Assembly (NCBI RefSeq): GCF_004353825.1
Contig: NZ_SMNA01000001.1
Coordinates: forward strand, 310,001 to 374,000
DNA: 64,000 nt
Direction: 5' to 3'
From: Occultella glacieicola
GTDB lineage: Bacteria > Actinomycetota > Actinomycetes > Actinomycetales > Beutenbergiaceae
The notes beneath the pieces are model-generated. The model had not been told where the DNA came from. It searched no databases and saw only the letters and a list, made by a program, of their open reading frames with translations. Below are positions 20,844 to 29,383 of this stretch, piece after piece (within the stretch, counting starts at the first letter, position 1; each line of letters begins with the position of its first letter). A program made the translations under genes and the position numbers.

Positions 20844-22298
20844 TCAGGCCAGCCGGTTGCGCTGGGCGTTCTCGGTGTCGAGAAGCCCGTGCAGGTGACC
20901 GTCCGTGCCATCGAGGACGAACCCGGGGCGGCTCACCGAGTGGTTCTCGGTGCTCCGCTCATCGGTCCGGGTGCCGCTGTCGTCGGTGACGGCACCGGTG
21001 CTCTGCGTGCTCGAGGCGTCGGCGATCTCGGACGCGAAGCCCGAGTCTCCGATCGCGAACGGGAACGCGTAGCCGATCAGGTGCACGGAACTGCTGTCGG
21101 AACGGTCGGCGTCACCGGCCGAGGCCGAGGCGTCCGACCGGGTGTCGGTCCAGACCCAGGGCGCTCCGGTGACGTCGCCGGTCTGCCCGACGAACGCGGT
21201 GCGGGTGGAGTCCCACACGTGCTCCGTCGAGGTGGCGGTGCCCTCGTCGTCGGCGACGGTCGAGGTGGTGTGCCGCTCGCCGGTGGTGGCGGACTCACCC
21301 GCGGTGGTCAGGCCACCGAGGTGGAACGGTGCGCCCGCCACGATCGCGGTGTCGGACGCCGACGCCGAGGCGTCGACACCGTCGACCCCGCCCGCCTGGG
21401 TGGCGGCCGAGTCGGTGCTGTTCCAGAGCCCGGCCGCCGGCTCGAGGGCGAGGTCCAGTCCGTCGACGCCGATGGCGTTCGACGACGACTCCGAGACGGC
21501 CTCGGAGGTGGTGGCGGTTCGCTCGGAGTTCGTCACGCTCGACTCGGTCTCCCGCTCGGAGGAACGCTCGTCCGCAGCCGCGGCGGTGATCCCCTCGAAC
21601 GAGATCGGCGACGAGGCCTCGATCGCGGTCTGCGAGGAGGACTCGGCGCCGTCGACGCCGTGCTCGTCACCGGTGGAGGTGGCCGCCGACTCGCGGTCAC
21701 CGCTCAGGGCGGCGGTCGGGTCGATGTCGAGCTGGCCGACCTCGAGCGCACCACCGGTGGCGGAGGACTCCGACGTCGACTCGGTGGTCGACGCCGTGCC
21801 CTCGTCCGTGGTGGTCGCGGCCGACTCCTCGGAGCTGCTCTCCGACTGCTGCGCGCCGGTGACGGTGACGCCGCCGACGCTGATCGGGGCCTGCACCTCG
21901 GCGGCGGAACTCAGCGAGTCCTCCGTCGAGGCGCTGTCACCGGCCTCGTCGGACGAGGTCCAGCTCTCGGTGTCGAGCATCGCAGCCGGGTCGACCGCGA
22001 TCTCGCCGACGTCGATCCCGAGCTCGCTGTGCGAGGAGGACTCCTGCGCACTCGCGGTCTCGATGGTGTCGCCGTTCTCGTCGGTCTGTGACGAGGACTG
22101 CTGCTCCGAGGAGTGGTCCTCGGTCTCGATGCCGAGCGACAGTCCGCCCAGCTCGATGGGTGCGGCGATCGAGGACTCGGTGGAACTGTCCTGCTCGTGA
22201 CTGCCGGTGTCGTCGGCGTACGCGGCGAGCGAGCCGGCGAGCCAGAGCCCGCCCGCCAGTCCCGCGACGCCGAGGCTTCGTTGCATCCAGGTCTTCAT
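20844..22298 (-). CDS. Secreted acidic Ser/Thr/Glu-rich protein with five ~90-aa repeats; function unknown
   Basis: Signal peptide MKTWMQRSLGVAGLAGGLWLAGSLAAYA; repeat anchors APIELGGL/APISVGGV/SPISFEGI/APFHLGGL/FPFAIGDS spaced 91, 93, 93 and 89 aa. Confidence 0.8.
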   Translation of the reverse strand: MKTWMQRSLGVAGLAGGLWLAGSLAAYADDTGSHEQDSSTESSIAAPIELGGLSLGIETEDHSSEQQSSSQTDENGDTIETASAQESSSHSELGIDVGEIAVDPAAMLDTESWTSSDEAGDSASTEDSLSSAAEVQAPISVGGVTVTGAQQSESSSEESAATTTDEGTASTTESTSESSATGGALEVGQLDIDPTAALSGDRESAATSTGDEHGVDGAESSSQTAIEASSPISFEGITAAAADERSSERETESSVTNSERTATTSEAVSESSSNAIGVDGLDLALEPAAGLWNSTDSAATQAGGVDGVDASASASDTAIVAGAPFHLGGLTTAGESATTGERHTTSTVADDEGTATSTEHVWDSTRTAFVGQTGDVTGAPWVWTDTRSDASASAGDADRSDSSSVHLIGYAFPFAIGDSGFASEIADASSTQSTGAVTDDSGTRTDERSTENHSVSRPGFVLDGTDGHLHGLLDTENAQRNRLA

Positions 22299-22301
22299 GG
22301 T

Positions 22302-22388
22302 CTCTCTTCCGATAGGTGGGCAGCCGACGGTGGCCGGTCCGCCCGGGATGGTGCGCGGCGGTCGCCGGCACCGGGTTCGGAGCGAGAG
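22302..22388 (-). promoter_or_regulatory. Intergenic RNA stem pairing the post-stop sequence with the downstream SD
   Basis: mRNA 5' arm CUCUC-GC-UCCGA (22388-22377) pairs with UCGGA-A-GAGAG (22312-22302), which is the SD region of ATG 22298. Confidence 0.55.
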
Positions 22389-22391
22389 GGG

Positions 22392-23633
22392 TCAGTCCGG
22401 GGCGAAGCCCGGACGCGTGCTCAGTGGATCTGCGAGGAGGTCGTCCTCGCCACGGTCACCGGCCCCGAGCAGGGCCGGGACGGGAGTGGCTGCCGCCAGC
22501 ACCGCGTGCTCGGAGGAGGCGTGCACACCGCCGCTGGAGCCGAACGCCGAGGTGGGCGGCAGCGGGGCGGGCAGCGGCCGCGGCTGACCGTCGGCGGGTC
22601 CCGGACGGTCACCGGTGGGGGCCGAGCCGGCCGTGGTCCCGACGGTGCCCACGGTGCCCACGGTGCCCACGGTGCCCACGGTGCCCGCGGTGGGCGACGA
22701 GGAGGGTGCGACGGCGCCGGCCGGGTCCAGGATGGCGTCGTCCACGGTCGGTGCTGGGCCGGTGTCCGGACCCCCGACGGCGGCCGGGATCGTTCGCGAG
22801 GAGTCCTGCGGTGTGTCCGGGGTGCGCGGCGGGCTCGGCGTTGTCGGGCTCCCGGGGACGACTCCCGAGCCGGGCAGCAGCGGGTCGGTGATCGGGGCGA
22901 TGGCGTCGGTGACCGGGGCGAGTGCCCCCGTGATCGGTTCGACGGCGTCGACGACCGGGCCGAGCGCGGCCGTGATCGGGCGCAGGGCGTCGTTGACCGG
23001 CGCCAGAGCCCCGCCGGTGCTGCCGAGCACGGGCTCGACGACGGGAGCGATCGCCTCGACGACCGGCTCGGTGAGCGCGCCGGCCGAGGACGCGACGACG
23101 GGTTCGACGATCGTGTCGGTGACCGGCTCGACGACGGTGTCGGTGACCGGCTCGACGACGGTGTCGGTGACCGGCTCGACGACGGCGTCGGTGACGGGTT
23201 CGAGGACGGTGTCGGTGACGGGTTCGACGACCGTCTCCGTGACCGGTGGCACGACCGATTCGGCGACTGGTTCGACGACGGGCTCAACGACGGTCTCGGC
23301 GACCGGTTCGACGACGGCCTCGGTGACGGGTTCGACGACGGTCTCCGTGACCGGTGCCACGACGGTCTCGGCGACCGGTTCGGCCAGGGTCTCGGCCACG
23401 CTGGTGACCGGGTCGGTCACGGGCTGCCCGACCTCCTCGACGAGCCCGCCCAACAGGCCGGCGCCCTCGTCGCCCTCACCGTCGTCCGCGGCGGCCGGTC
23501 CGGCGAGGAGTACCCCGACGCCGATCGCCCCGCAGACCAGCAGCAGGCTCCGCAGCAGCAGGCGCAGCCATCGGGCGACGGCGACGTGGTGAGGGCGCGC
23601 GGGGGCCCGCTCGGCCATCACTGCCGAGGCCAT
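22392..23633 (-). CDS. Exported Pro/Val/Thr-rich repeat protein ending ...RPGFAPD
   Basis: GGGAGG SD before ATG 23633; Arg-rich N-region, hydrophobic core and PAAA-D cleavage site; EPVT(D/E)TVV octapeptide repeats; low-complexity linker. Confidence 0.75.
   Translation of the reverse strand: MASAVMAERAPARPHHVAVARWLRLLLRSLLLVCGAIGVGVLLAGPAAADDGEGDEGAGLLGGLVEEVGQPVTDPVTSVAETLAEPVAETVVAPVTETVVEPVTEAVVEPVAETVVEPVVEPVAESVVPPVTETVVEPVTDTVLEPVTDAVVEPVTDTVVEPVTDTVVEPVTDTIVEPVVASSAGALTEPVVEAIAPVVEPVLGSTGGALAPVNDALRPITAALGPVVDAVEPITGALAPVTDAIAPITDPLLPGSGVVPGSPTTPSPPRTPDTPQDSSRTIPAAVGGPDTGPAPTVDDAILDPAGAVAPSSSPTAGTVGTVGTVGTVGTVGTTAGSAPTGDRPGPADGQPRPLPAPLPPTSAFGSSGGVHASSEHAVLAAATPVPALLGAGDRGEDDLLADPLSTRPGFAPD
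22642..22686 (+). repeat. In-frame 9-bp tandem repeat (ACGGTGCCC x5)
   Basis: Five exact copies; encodes GTV repeats on the minus strand. Confidence 0.9.
23098..23426 (+). repeat. Degenerate 24-bp coding tandem repeat (about 12 copies)
   Basis: GTGTCGGTGACCGGCTCGACGACG exact at 23113, 23137 and 23161, with degenerate flanking copies. Confidence 0.85.
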
Positions 23634-23737
23634 CGGACCACCTCCCGTCTGGAACACCGACGAACATCCGCACCTCGTCCGTCACCACCCATTCGGAAGC
23701 CGGACAGGATCGGATGGGTGCCGATTCCCCGAGGGCA

Positions 23738-24664
23738 TCAGCCGCGCCCGGGCAGGTGGGTGCGCGCGGCCATCCGGGGTCCGCGCCGCGGCGGTGCCAC
23801 CCCGGCGGCCATCACGAGGCGTTGCACCCGGCCGCGATGCGGACGGAACGGTTCGAGCAGAACGGCCAGTTCGCCGTCGTCCACCGTTCTCCCGGTGAGC
23901 GCCCACCCGACGTTACGGGCGACGTGGTAGTCGCCGAAACTCACCGCGTCGGCGTCGCCGAACACGCGCGAGCGCACCTCCGCGCTGGTCCACACGCCCA
24001 CGCCCGAGAGCGAGAGCAGGGCCCGGTCGGCGTCCGCGGACGAGCCGCGGGCGAGTCGCTCCAGGGACGGCGCGACCCGCGCGGCGGCGACGATCGCGCG
24101 CGAGCGGGCCGGGTCGATGCCCAGGTGCAGCCACTCCCAGCTGGGGATCGCCGCGAGCGCGGCCGCCGCGGGCGGCGCCCGCAGACCATGGTTACCGGCG
24201 GGGCCGGGCGCGGGTTCGCCGTGGCGCTGGACGAGTCTGCGCCAGGACCCGAACGCCTCCGCCCCGGTGACCTTCTGCTCGATGACCGTCGGGACCAGCG
24301 CCTCCAGGACCAGGTGGGTACGGGTCAGGGGCAGGTGCGGGTGCCGACGGGCGAGCGGTGCGAGCGCCGGGTGCGCGGCCGGCTCGAACCCGGTGTCGTC
24401 GTCGAACGCGCCGAGCATCGCGGGGACGGCATCGAGGACCCACGCCGCGCCGTCGCCCCAGGCCAGCGCGTGCACCGGTGCGGCCGGCTCGTCCTGCTGC
24501 AGCCGGAGCGCCGCGGTCCCCCGGGGCGTGCGCACGCCGCGCCAGTAGGCGCCACCAGGCTCGCGTCGGAAGCACGGGTCGTACGCGCCGCGGCGCAGTG
24601 CCGACAGCGTCGGCCCCAGAGGGGTCGCCCGGACCGGCTGCCAGGTGCGCTCCAGCCCGCTCAC
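23738..24664 (-). CDS. HhH-GPD DNA-3-methyladenine glycosylase II family (AlkA-like)
   Basis: VIEQKVTG, LLSLSGVGVWT HhH, GDADAVSFGDYH, LLEPFRPHRGRV. Confidence 0.85.
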   Translation of the reverse strand: MSGLERTWQPVRATPLGPTLSALRRGAYDPCFRREPGGAYWRGVRTPRGTAALRLQQDEPAAPVHALAWGDGAAWVLDAVPAMLGAFDDDTGFEPAAHPALAPLARRHPHLPLTRTHLVLEALVPTVIEQKVTGAEAFGSWRRLVQRHGEPAPGPAGNHGLRAPPAAAALAAIPSWEWLHLGIDPARSRAIVAAARVAPSLERLARGSSADADRALLSLSGVGVWTSAEVRSRVFGDADAVSFGDYHVARNVGWALTGRTVDDGELAVLLEPFRPHRGRVQRLVMAAGVAPPRRGPRMAARTHLPGRG

Positions 24665-24747
24665 CTCGCGAGTGTAGGCACGGCTGCCGGGATGATTCCC
24701 CCGGGCGGGGGATCCGCCGCCGGCCGGCCGCTGACAGCCTCAAGGTC

Positions 24748-25293
24748 ATGAGCCTCGCCGACCAGTTCCTGCCGACCGCCGAGTTCGCCGAACGGCACGC
24801 GACCGTCATCGACGCGCCACGTGACGTCGTCTGGGACGCCCTGATGGCGTTCCGCTTCCGGGACCTGCGCCTCGCCGCCCCACTGTTCGCGGCCCGCGCC
24901 GTGATCGGGGTGGCCTTGAACGGACGACGGTACCGGCCGCCGTCGGGCGCGATGTTCCTGCCGCTCGCGCAGGAGGAGGGCCGCGAGCGTGTGCTCGGGC
25001 TGCTCGGCCGGTGGTGGCGGTTCGGCGAGGCCGACTCCCGGGCCGACGTCCGCGACGCCCACGACTTCCGCGCGTTCGACGAACCCGGCTACGGCAAGGC
25101 GATCATGGCCTTCGAACTGGAGGATGCGGGGCCGGGGCGCACCCGGGTGGTGACCCGGACGCGGATCGTGACGACCGACGCTGCGGCGCATCGGGCGATG
25201 GCGCGTTACTGGCTGCTGATCCGCCCGGGCAGCGGGTTCACCCGGCATCTCATGCTGCGGGCGATCGGGCAGCGGGCGCGCGACGCGGCGTAG
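24748..25293 (+). CDS. Conserved hypothetical protein (DUF2867-like)
   Basis: DQFLPTAEFAERH, F..FDEPGYGK, TRTRI..TD, RYWLLIRPGSG. Confidence 0.65.
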   Translation: MSLADQFLPTAEFAERHATVIDAPRDVVWDALMAFRFRDLRLAAPLFAARAVIGVALNGRRYRPPSGAMFLPLAQEEGRERVLGLLGRWWRFGEADSRADVRDAHDFRAFDEPGYGKAIMAFELEDAGPGRTRVVTRTRIVTTDAAAHRAMARYWLLIRPGSGFTRHLMLRAIGQRARDAA

Positions 25294-25368
25294 GCGGCGT
25301 CGGCACCGGCCGGCCCGAGGGGTGAGCGGGCCGGACGGAGTGCGGCGCCGACGGCTACGGTGCGGGGC

Positions 25369-26391
25369 ATGGATCCATCGGTGAACACGCGCACCCCCGC
25401 GACGGTGCGCTGGGGCATCATCGGCGTCGGCAACGTCACGGAGGTCAAGAGCGGACCCGGCTTCCAGCAGGCCGACGCCTCCGAGCTCGTCGCGGTGATG
25501 CGCCGGGACGGCGCCAAGGCCGCGGACTACGCGCGTCGCCACGGTGTGCCCCGCTCCTACGACGACGCCGAGGCCCTGATCCATGACGACGAGGTCGACG
25601 CCGTCTACATCGCCACGCCTCCGGACTCGCACCGCGACTACGCGATCGCCGTCCTCGAGGCCGGCAAGCCCGTCTATGTCGAGAAGCCGATGGGCCGCAC
25701 CACCGTCGAGTGCGAGCAGATGAACGCCGCCGCGCAGCGCGCCGGGCTGCCGCTGTTCGTCGCCTACTACCGGCGCGCCATGCCGCGGTTCGTCACGGTC
25801 AAGGACCTGCTCGACGGCGGCGCGATCGGTACGGTGCAGGCCGTCGCCATCCGCAACCAACAGCCGGCGCCGATCGCCGAGGGCGGCGAGATGCCGTGGC
25901 GGGTGCGACCGGAGATCTCCGGGGGCGGTCACTTCGTGGATCTTGCGTCCCACACGCTGGACCTGCTCGACCATCTGCTCGGGCCGATCGCGCGGGTCAG
26001 CGGGTACGCCGCGAACCGTTCCGGCGCCTACCCGGCGGAGGACCTGGTCAGCGCGGCGTTCGAGTTCTCCTCCGGCGTGGGGGGCACCGGCCTGTGGTGC
26101 TACGCCGCCGGGGAGTACCGCGACGAGGTCGAGGTGATCGGGGATGCCGGGTCGCTGACCTTCTCGACGTTCGCGCAGGAGCCGCTGCGACTGTTGCGCG
26201 GCGACGTCGAGGAACGGATCGAGGCGCCGTACCCGGCCACCGTGCAACAGCCCCTGATCCAGGCCGTCGTCGACGACCTCACCGGGGTGGGCACCAGCCC
26301 GAGCACCGGGACCAGCGCCATCCGCACCGCGCGGATCGTCGACACCCTGCTCGCCTCCTACCGCGCCGAGCACGGGCTGACCTTCGTCTGA
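25369..26391 (+). CDS. Gfo/Idh/MocA oxidoreductase
   Basis: WGIIGVG, VYIATPP, VYVEKPM, GGHFVDLASH. Confidence 0.9.
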   Translation: MDPSVNTRTPATVRWGIIGVGNVTEVKSGPGFQQADASELVAVMRRDGAKAADYARRHGVPRSYDDAEALIHDDEVDAVYIATPPDSHRDYAIAVLEAGKPVYVEKPMGRTTVECEQMNAAAQRAGLPLFVAYYRRAMPRFVTVKDLLDGGAIGTVQAVAIRNQQPAPIAEGGEMPWRVRPEISGGGHFVDLASHTLDLLDHLLGPIARVSGYAANRSGAYPAEDLVSAAFEFSSGVGGTGLWCYAAGEYRDEVEVIGDAGSLTFSTFAQEPLRLLRGDVEERIEAPYPATVQQPLIQAVVDDLTGVGTSPSTGTSAIRTARIVDTLLASYRAEHGLTFV

Positions 26392-27197
26392 TGCCCGCTC
26401 TCACCGACTTCACCGCGCTCGCCTGGGTGCTGCTCGTGGTCGGGGCGCTCATCGTCGGGCTGTCCAAGGCGGCCCTGCCGGGGGCGAACACGATCACCAT
26501 CGCGATCTTCGCGGCGCTGCTGCCGCCGAAGGAGTCGACGGCGGTGCTGTTGATCCTGCTCATCGTCGGGGACGTCTTCGCGGTCTGGGCGTACCGGAAA
26601 CACGCCGACTGGCCGACGTTGAGGCGGCTCGTGCCGACCGTGCTGGTGGGGGTCGCCCTCGGCGTGGTGTTCCTCGCGCTCGCCGGTGATGCGTGGGTGC
26701 AGCGGGTGATCGCGGTCATCCTGCTGCTGGTGATCGGGGTGACGCTCGTGCGCCGGGCCGCTGGGCGGCGGGCGGAGATCCGGGCGGCGGCGCGCTCTGC
26801 GACCGGGGCCGAGACGGTGGAGGCTGAGCCGGCCGGCTCGCTCGCCCGCCGCCTCCAGACCGGCATCTACGGCACGCTCGGCGGCTTCACCACGATGGTC
26901 GCGAACGCCGGCGGGCCCGTGATGTCGATGTACTTCATCGCGTCCCGGTTCTCGGTCAAGCGGTTCCTCGGCACGTCCGCGTGGTTCTTCGCGCTCGTGA
27001 ACGTGACGAAGGTGCCGTTCCAGGCCGGCCTCGGCCTGATCACGGTCCCCGGGCTGCTGCTGGATCTGCTGCTGATCCCGGCCGTGATCGCAGGGGCCTT
27101 CTTCGGCCGGTGGCTGGCACCGCGGATCGACCAGGCGCTGTTCGAGAGGCTGGTCATCGTGCTGACCGTGGCGGGGGCGGTGTACCTGCTCTTCTGA
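26391..27197 (+). CDS. Sulfite exporter TauE/SafE family
   Basis: TGATG coupling; GLSKAALPG, GGFTTMVANAGGP, FLGTSAWFF..N..KVP. Confidence 0.88.
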   Translation: MPALTDFTALAWVLLVVGALIVGLSKAALPGANTITIAIFAALLPPKESTAVLLILLIVGDVFAVWAYRKHADWPTLRRLVPTVLVGVALGVVFLALAGDAWVQRVIAVILLLVIGVTLVRRAAGRRAEIRAAARSATGAETVEAEPAGSLARRLQTGIYGTLGGFTTMVANAGGPVMSMYFIASRFSVKRFLGTSAWFFALVNVTKVPFQAGLGLITVPGLLLDLLLIPAVIAGAFFGRWLAPRIDQALFERLVIVLTVAGAVYLLF

Positions 27198-27238
27198 GGA
27201 TCCGCTCCTGTGAGGCTCGGGTGCGCGATGATGACGCC

Positions 27239-27685
27239 ATGGCCGATCCCGATGAGAACGTCCGGCGACGGATCCGGGCCTCGACCCTCTGGTTCGTCGC
27301 CGCGATCCTGACCGCGGCCGCGGCACTGATCGTGTGGGCGCTGACCGTCGGGTTCCCGGTGGTGGGCGACGCCCGGACCGACGCGGTGGCGGTCCAGGGC
27401 GAGAGCGGGCGCGAGCTCGTGGTCCGGTACACCGGTGGCAGCCCCGGTTGCGGGGACCCGCACTCGATCGAGGTCGAGGAGACCCAGACCACGGTCACCA
27501 TCACGACGCTGGTGGTGGCGCCGCACGGGTCCCGGTTCAACTTCGGTTGCGACGACGTCGGGTACGTGATGTACCAGACGATCCGGCTGGAGCGCCCGCT
27601 CGCCGAACGCGACGTCATCGATGGTCCGACCGGTGGGGCTGTCGAAGTGGTGGTCGATGTGGCGACGCTGGTGGCGGCGGACTGA
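27239..27685 (+). CDS. Hypothetical membrane-anchored extracytoplasmic protein
   Basis: Single N-terminal TM; YTGGSPGC..VEET..VTIT..C.....TIRLERPL.ER.VID. Confidence 0.6.
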   Translation: MADPDENVRRRIRASTLWFVAAILTAAAALIVWALTVGFPVVGDARTDAVAVQGESGRELVVRYTGGSPGCGDPHSIEVEETQTTVTITTLVVAPHGSRFNFGCDDVGYVMYQTIRLERPLAERDVIDGPTGGAVEVVVDVATLVAAD

Positions 27686-27732
27686 ACGACCCGCCTCCCG
27701 AAGCGTCGGCTCCGGCCCCGCCTCTCCGAGGC

Positions 27733-27824
27733 GAGATCGCACCTGGCGCACTGACGTCGGACCTCCGCGAGTACGAGATCGACGCGCCCGGTGCTATCTC
27801 ACGGGCGCTTCCGCGGAAGCGCCC
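27733..27824. repeat. Dispersed palindromic element, copy 1 (REP/MITE-like)
   Basis: GAGATCGCACCTGGCGC...GCGCCCGGTGCTATCTC followed by GGGCGCTTCCGCGGAAGCGCCC; aligns to the reverse complement of 40471-40564. Confidence 0.7.
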
Positions 27825-27874
27825 CACCGGTGCCGGCGGGACCCGGGTTCCGGCCCTCGGCGTAGGGTTGCCTG

Positions 27875-28498
27875 GTGACCGATCCTCGCCGTGGCCCGCT
27901 GCGCCTGCTGCGCGCGACCGCGGTGTCGGTGAGCGTCATCGGCCTCGCCCTCGGCGCGCACGTCGGTGCCGGCGGCAGCCTCGGGGACCTGCTCGTGGTG
28001 GCCGCCGCCGGGGCGTTCACGATGCTGGTCGCGTTCGTGGCCTGCGGGCGCCGCCTGCGGGCCGTCACCGTGCTGGCGCTCCTCGGCGCCGGTCAGGTTA
28101 CGCTGCACCACGTGTTCGCGAGCACGGCCGGACTCGGCGCAGTTCCCGGCTGCACCACCGCGGGCGCCCATACCCACGGCGCGGCCCTCGCCGAGGCCAT
28201 GCAGCACTGCGCACCCGCAGGCGGTGGGCACGCGCTCACCATGACGATGCTCGGCGCCCACCTGCTCGCGACCGTGATCAACGGCGCCCTGCTCTGGCGC
28301 GGGGACCGGGCACTGTTCGCGCTCTGGACCTGGTTGACGCCGTTGCTCACGGTGTTGTCCGAGCGGGTCCTCCCGACGCCCGCGGCAGTCGGCCGGGGCC
28401 GTCGCAGGTCCCCGACACCGCGACGCCCCGACGGGCGGATCGTCTGGTTGGACCTTGCCCCACGACGGGGACCACCCCTGGCGCGCGCCGCCGCCTGA
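27875..28498 (+). CDS. His/Cys/Met-rich membrane protein with C-terminal RRGPP (candidate arrest leader)
   Basis: About 4 TM; AHVGAGG, LHHVF, GCTTAGAHTHG, MQHC..GHALTMTMLGAH; ends DLAPRRGPPLARAAA. Confidence 0.7.
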   Translation: MTDPRRGPLRLLRATAVSVSVIGLALGAHVGAGGSLGDLLVVAAAGAFTMLVAFVACGRRLRAVTVLALLGAGQVTLHHVFASTAGLGAVPGCTTAGAHTHGAALAEAMQHCAPAGGGHALTMTMLGAHLLATVINGALLWRGDRALFALWTWLTPLLTVLSERVLPTPAAVGRGRRRSPTPRRPDGRIVWLDLAPRRGPPLARAAA

Positions 28499-28603
28499 AT
28501 CCGCACGCTCACGCGTGCGGCGGGGTCGGTGGCGCGAGCATCAGCGCTTGCGTCCGGGGCTGTACTCCCGGACATCACCGACCGACCCCTGTGAGGTTCA
28601 CCC

Positions 28604-29344
28604 ATGTCCCTGTCCACAGCCACACTCCCGGCCTCAGCGGCCTCAGCGGCCTCAGCGGCCTCAGCGGCACAGAATGGCACGACCCCGCACCGAGCAGCAC
28701 CACGCCGAACGGCATCCCGAGCGGCACGGGGCGTGCGCGCCCTGGCGACGATCGCCGTCGCCGGCCTCCTCGGCCTGACCCTTCACGTGAGCGCCGCCCA
28801 GGCGCACGACACCCTGGTCTCCTCCGCCCCGGCGGAGGGGGAGACCCTCACCGTGGCCCCCACGGAGGTCCGGCTCACGTTCAACAACGAGATCCTCGAC
28901 CTGAACGCCGCCATCGTCCTGACCGACCCCGACGGCGCCGTGCTGACCGAGGAGCCGCCGGTCGTCGACGGCGCCGACGTGGCACTGCCAGTGCCCGACG
29001 GCGTACCCGCCGGCGTCTGGACGGTCACCTGGCGGGTCGTCTCCTCCGACGGCCACCCGATCTCCGGCACGTACGACTTCACCGTGGACACGCCCGCCGA
29101 GGCCACCACGACGCCGGCGCAGCCCACGGAGACCACCGAGCCGACCGAGGCCGTGACCACCGACGACGCCGAGCCCGCCGCGTCGGACGCGCCGTCGGAG
29201 TCCGCCTCGCCCGCGGACGAGGATGCGGACGATGGCGGATCCGGACCCGGCGAGATCATCGCCTTCGTGGCCCTCGCCCTGGCCGTGATCGGGGTGGCCG
29301 CCGCGCTGGTGGTACGCCGGATGCGGTCGGGAGACCGCCCCTGA
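28604..29344 (+). CDS. copC: CopC copper-binding protein with C-terminal TM anchor
   Basis: AQA|HDTLVSSAPAEGETL (His1), LTFNNEI, WRVVSSDGHPISG. Confidence 0.88.
   Translation: MSLSTATLPASAASAASAASAAQNGTTPHRAAPRRTASRAARGVRALATIAVAGLLGLTLHVSAAQAHDTLVSSAPAEGETLTVAPTEVRLTFNNEILDLNAAIVLTDPDGAVLTEEPPVVDGADVALPVPDGVPAGVWTVTWRVVSSDGHPISGTYDFTVDTPAEATTTPAQPTETTEPTEAVTTDDAEPAASDAPSESASPADEDADDGGSGPGEIIAFVALALAVIGVAAALVVRRMRSGDRP
28629..28668 (+). repeat. In-frame 9-bp tandem repeat (CGGCCTCAG x4.4)
   Basis: Encodes ASAASAASAASA in the CopC N-terminal extension. Confidence 0.9.
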
Positions 29345-29383
29345 CCCCAAGCCGTCGCGGGCGGGGCGGCGTAGCCTGGGTGG

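Noticed and set aside
20844..22298. Calling the five-repeat protein a chaplin or curlin
   Set aside because: It lacks chaplin GN/Cys motifs and curlin N/Q ladder repeats; only the signal peptide and context are suggestive.
23098..23426. 24-bp periodic repeats as a possible CRISPR array
   Set aside because: Head-to-tail with no spacers and varying mainly at codon third positions, so it is a coding repeat.
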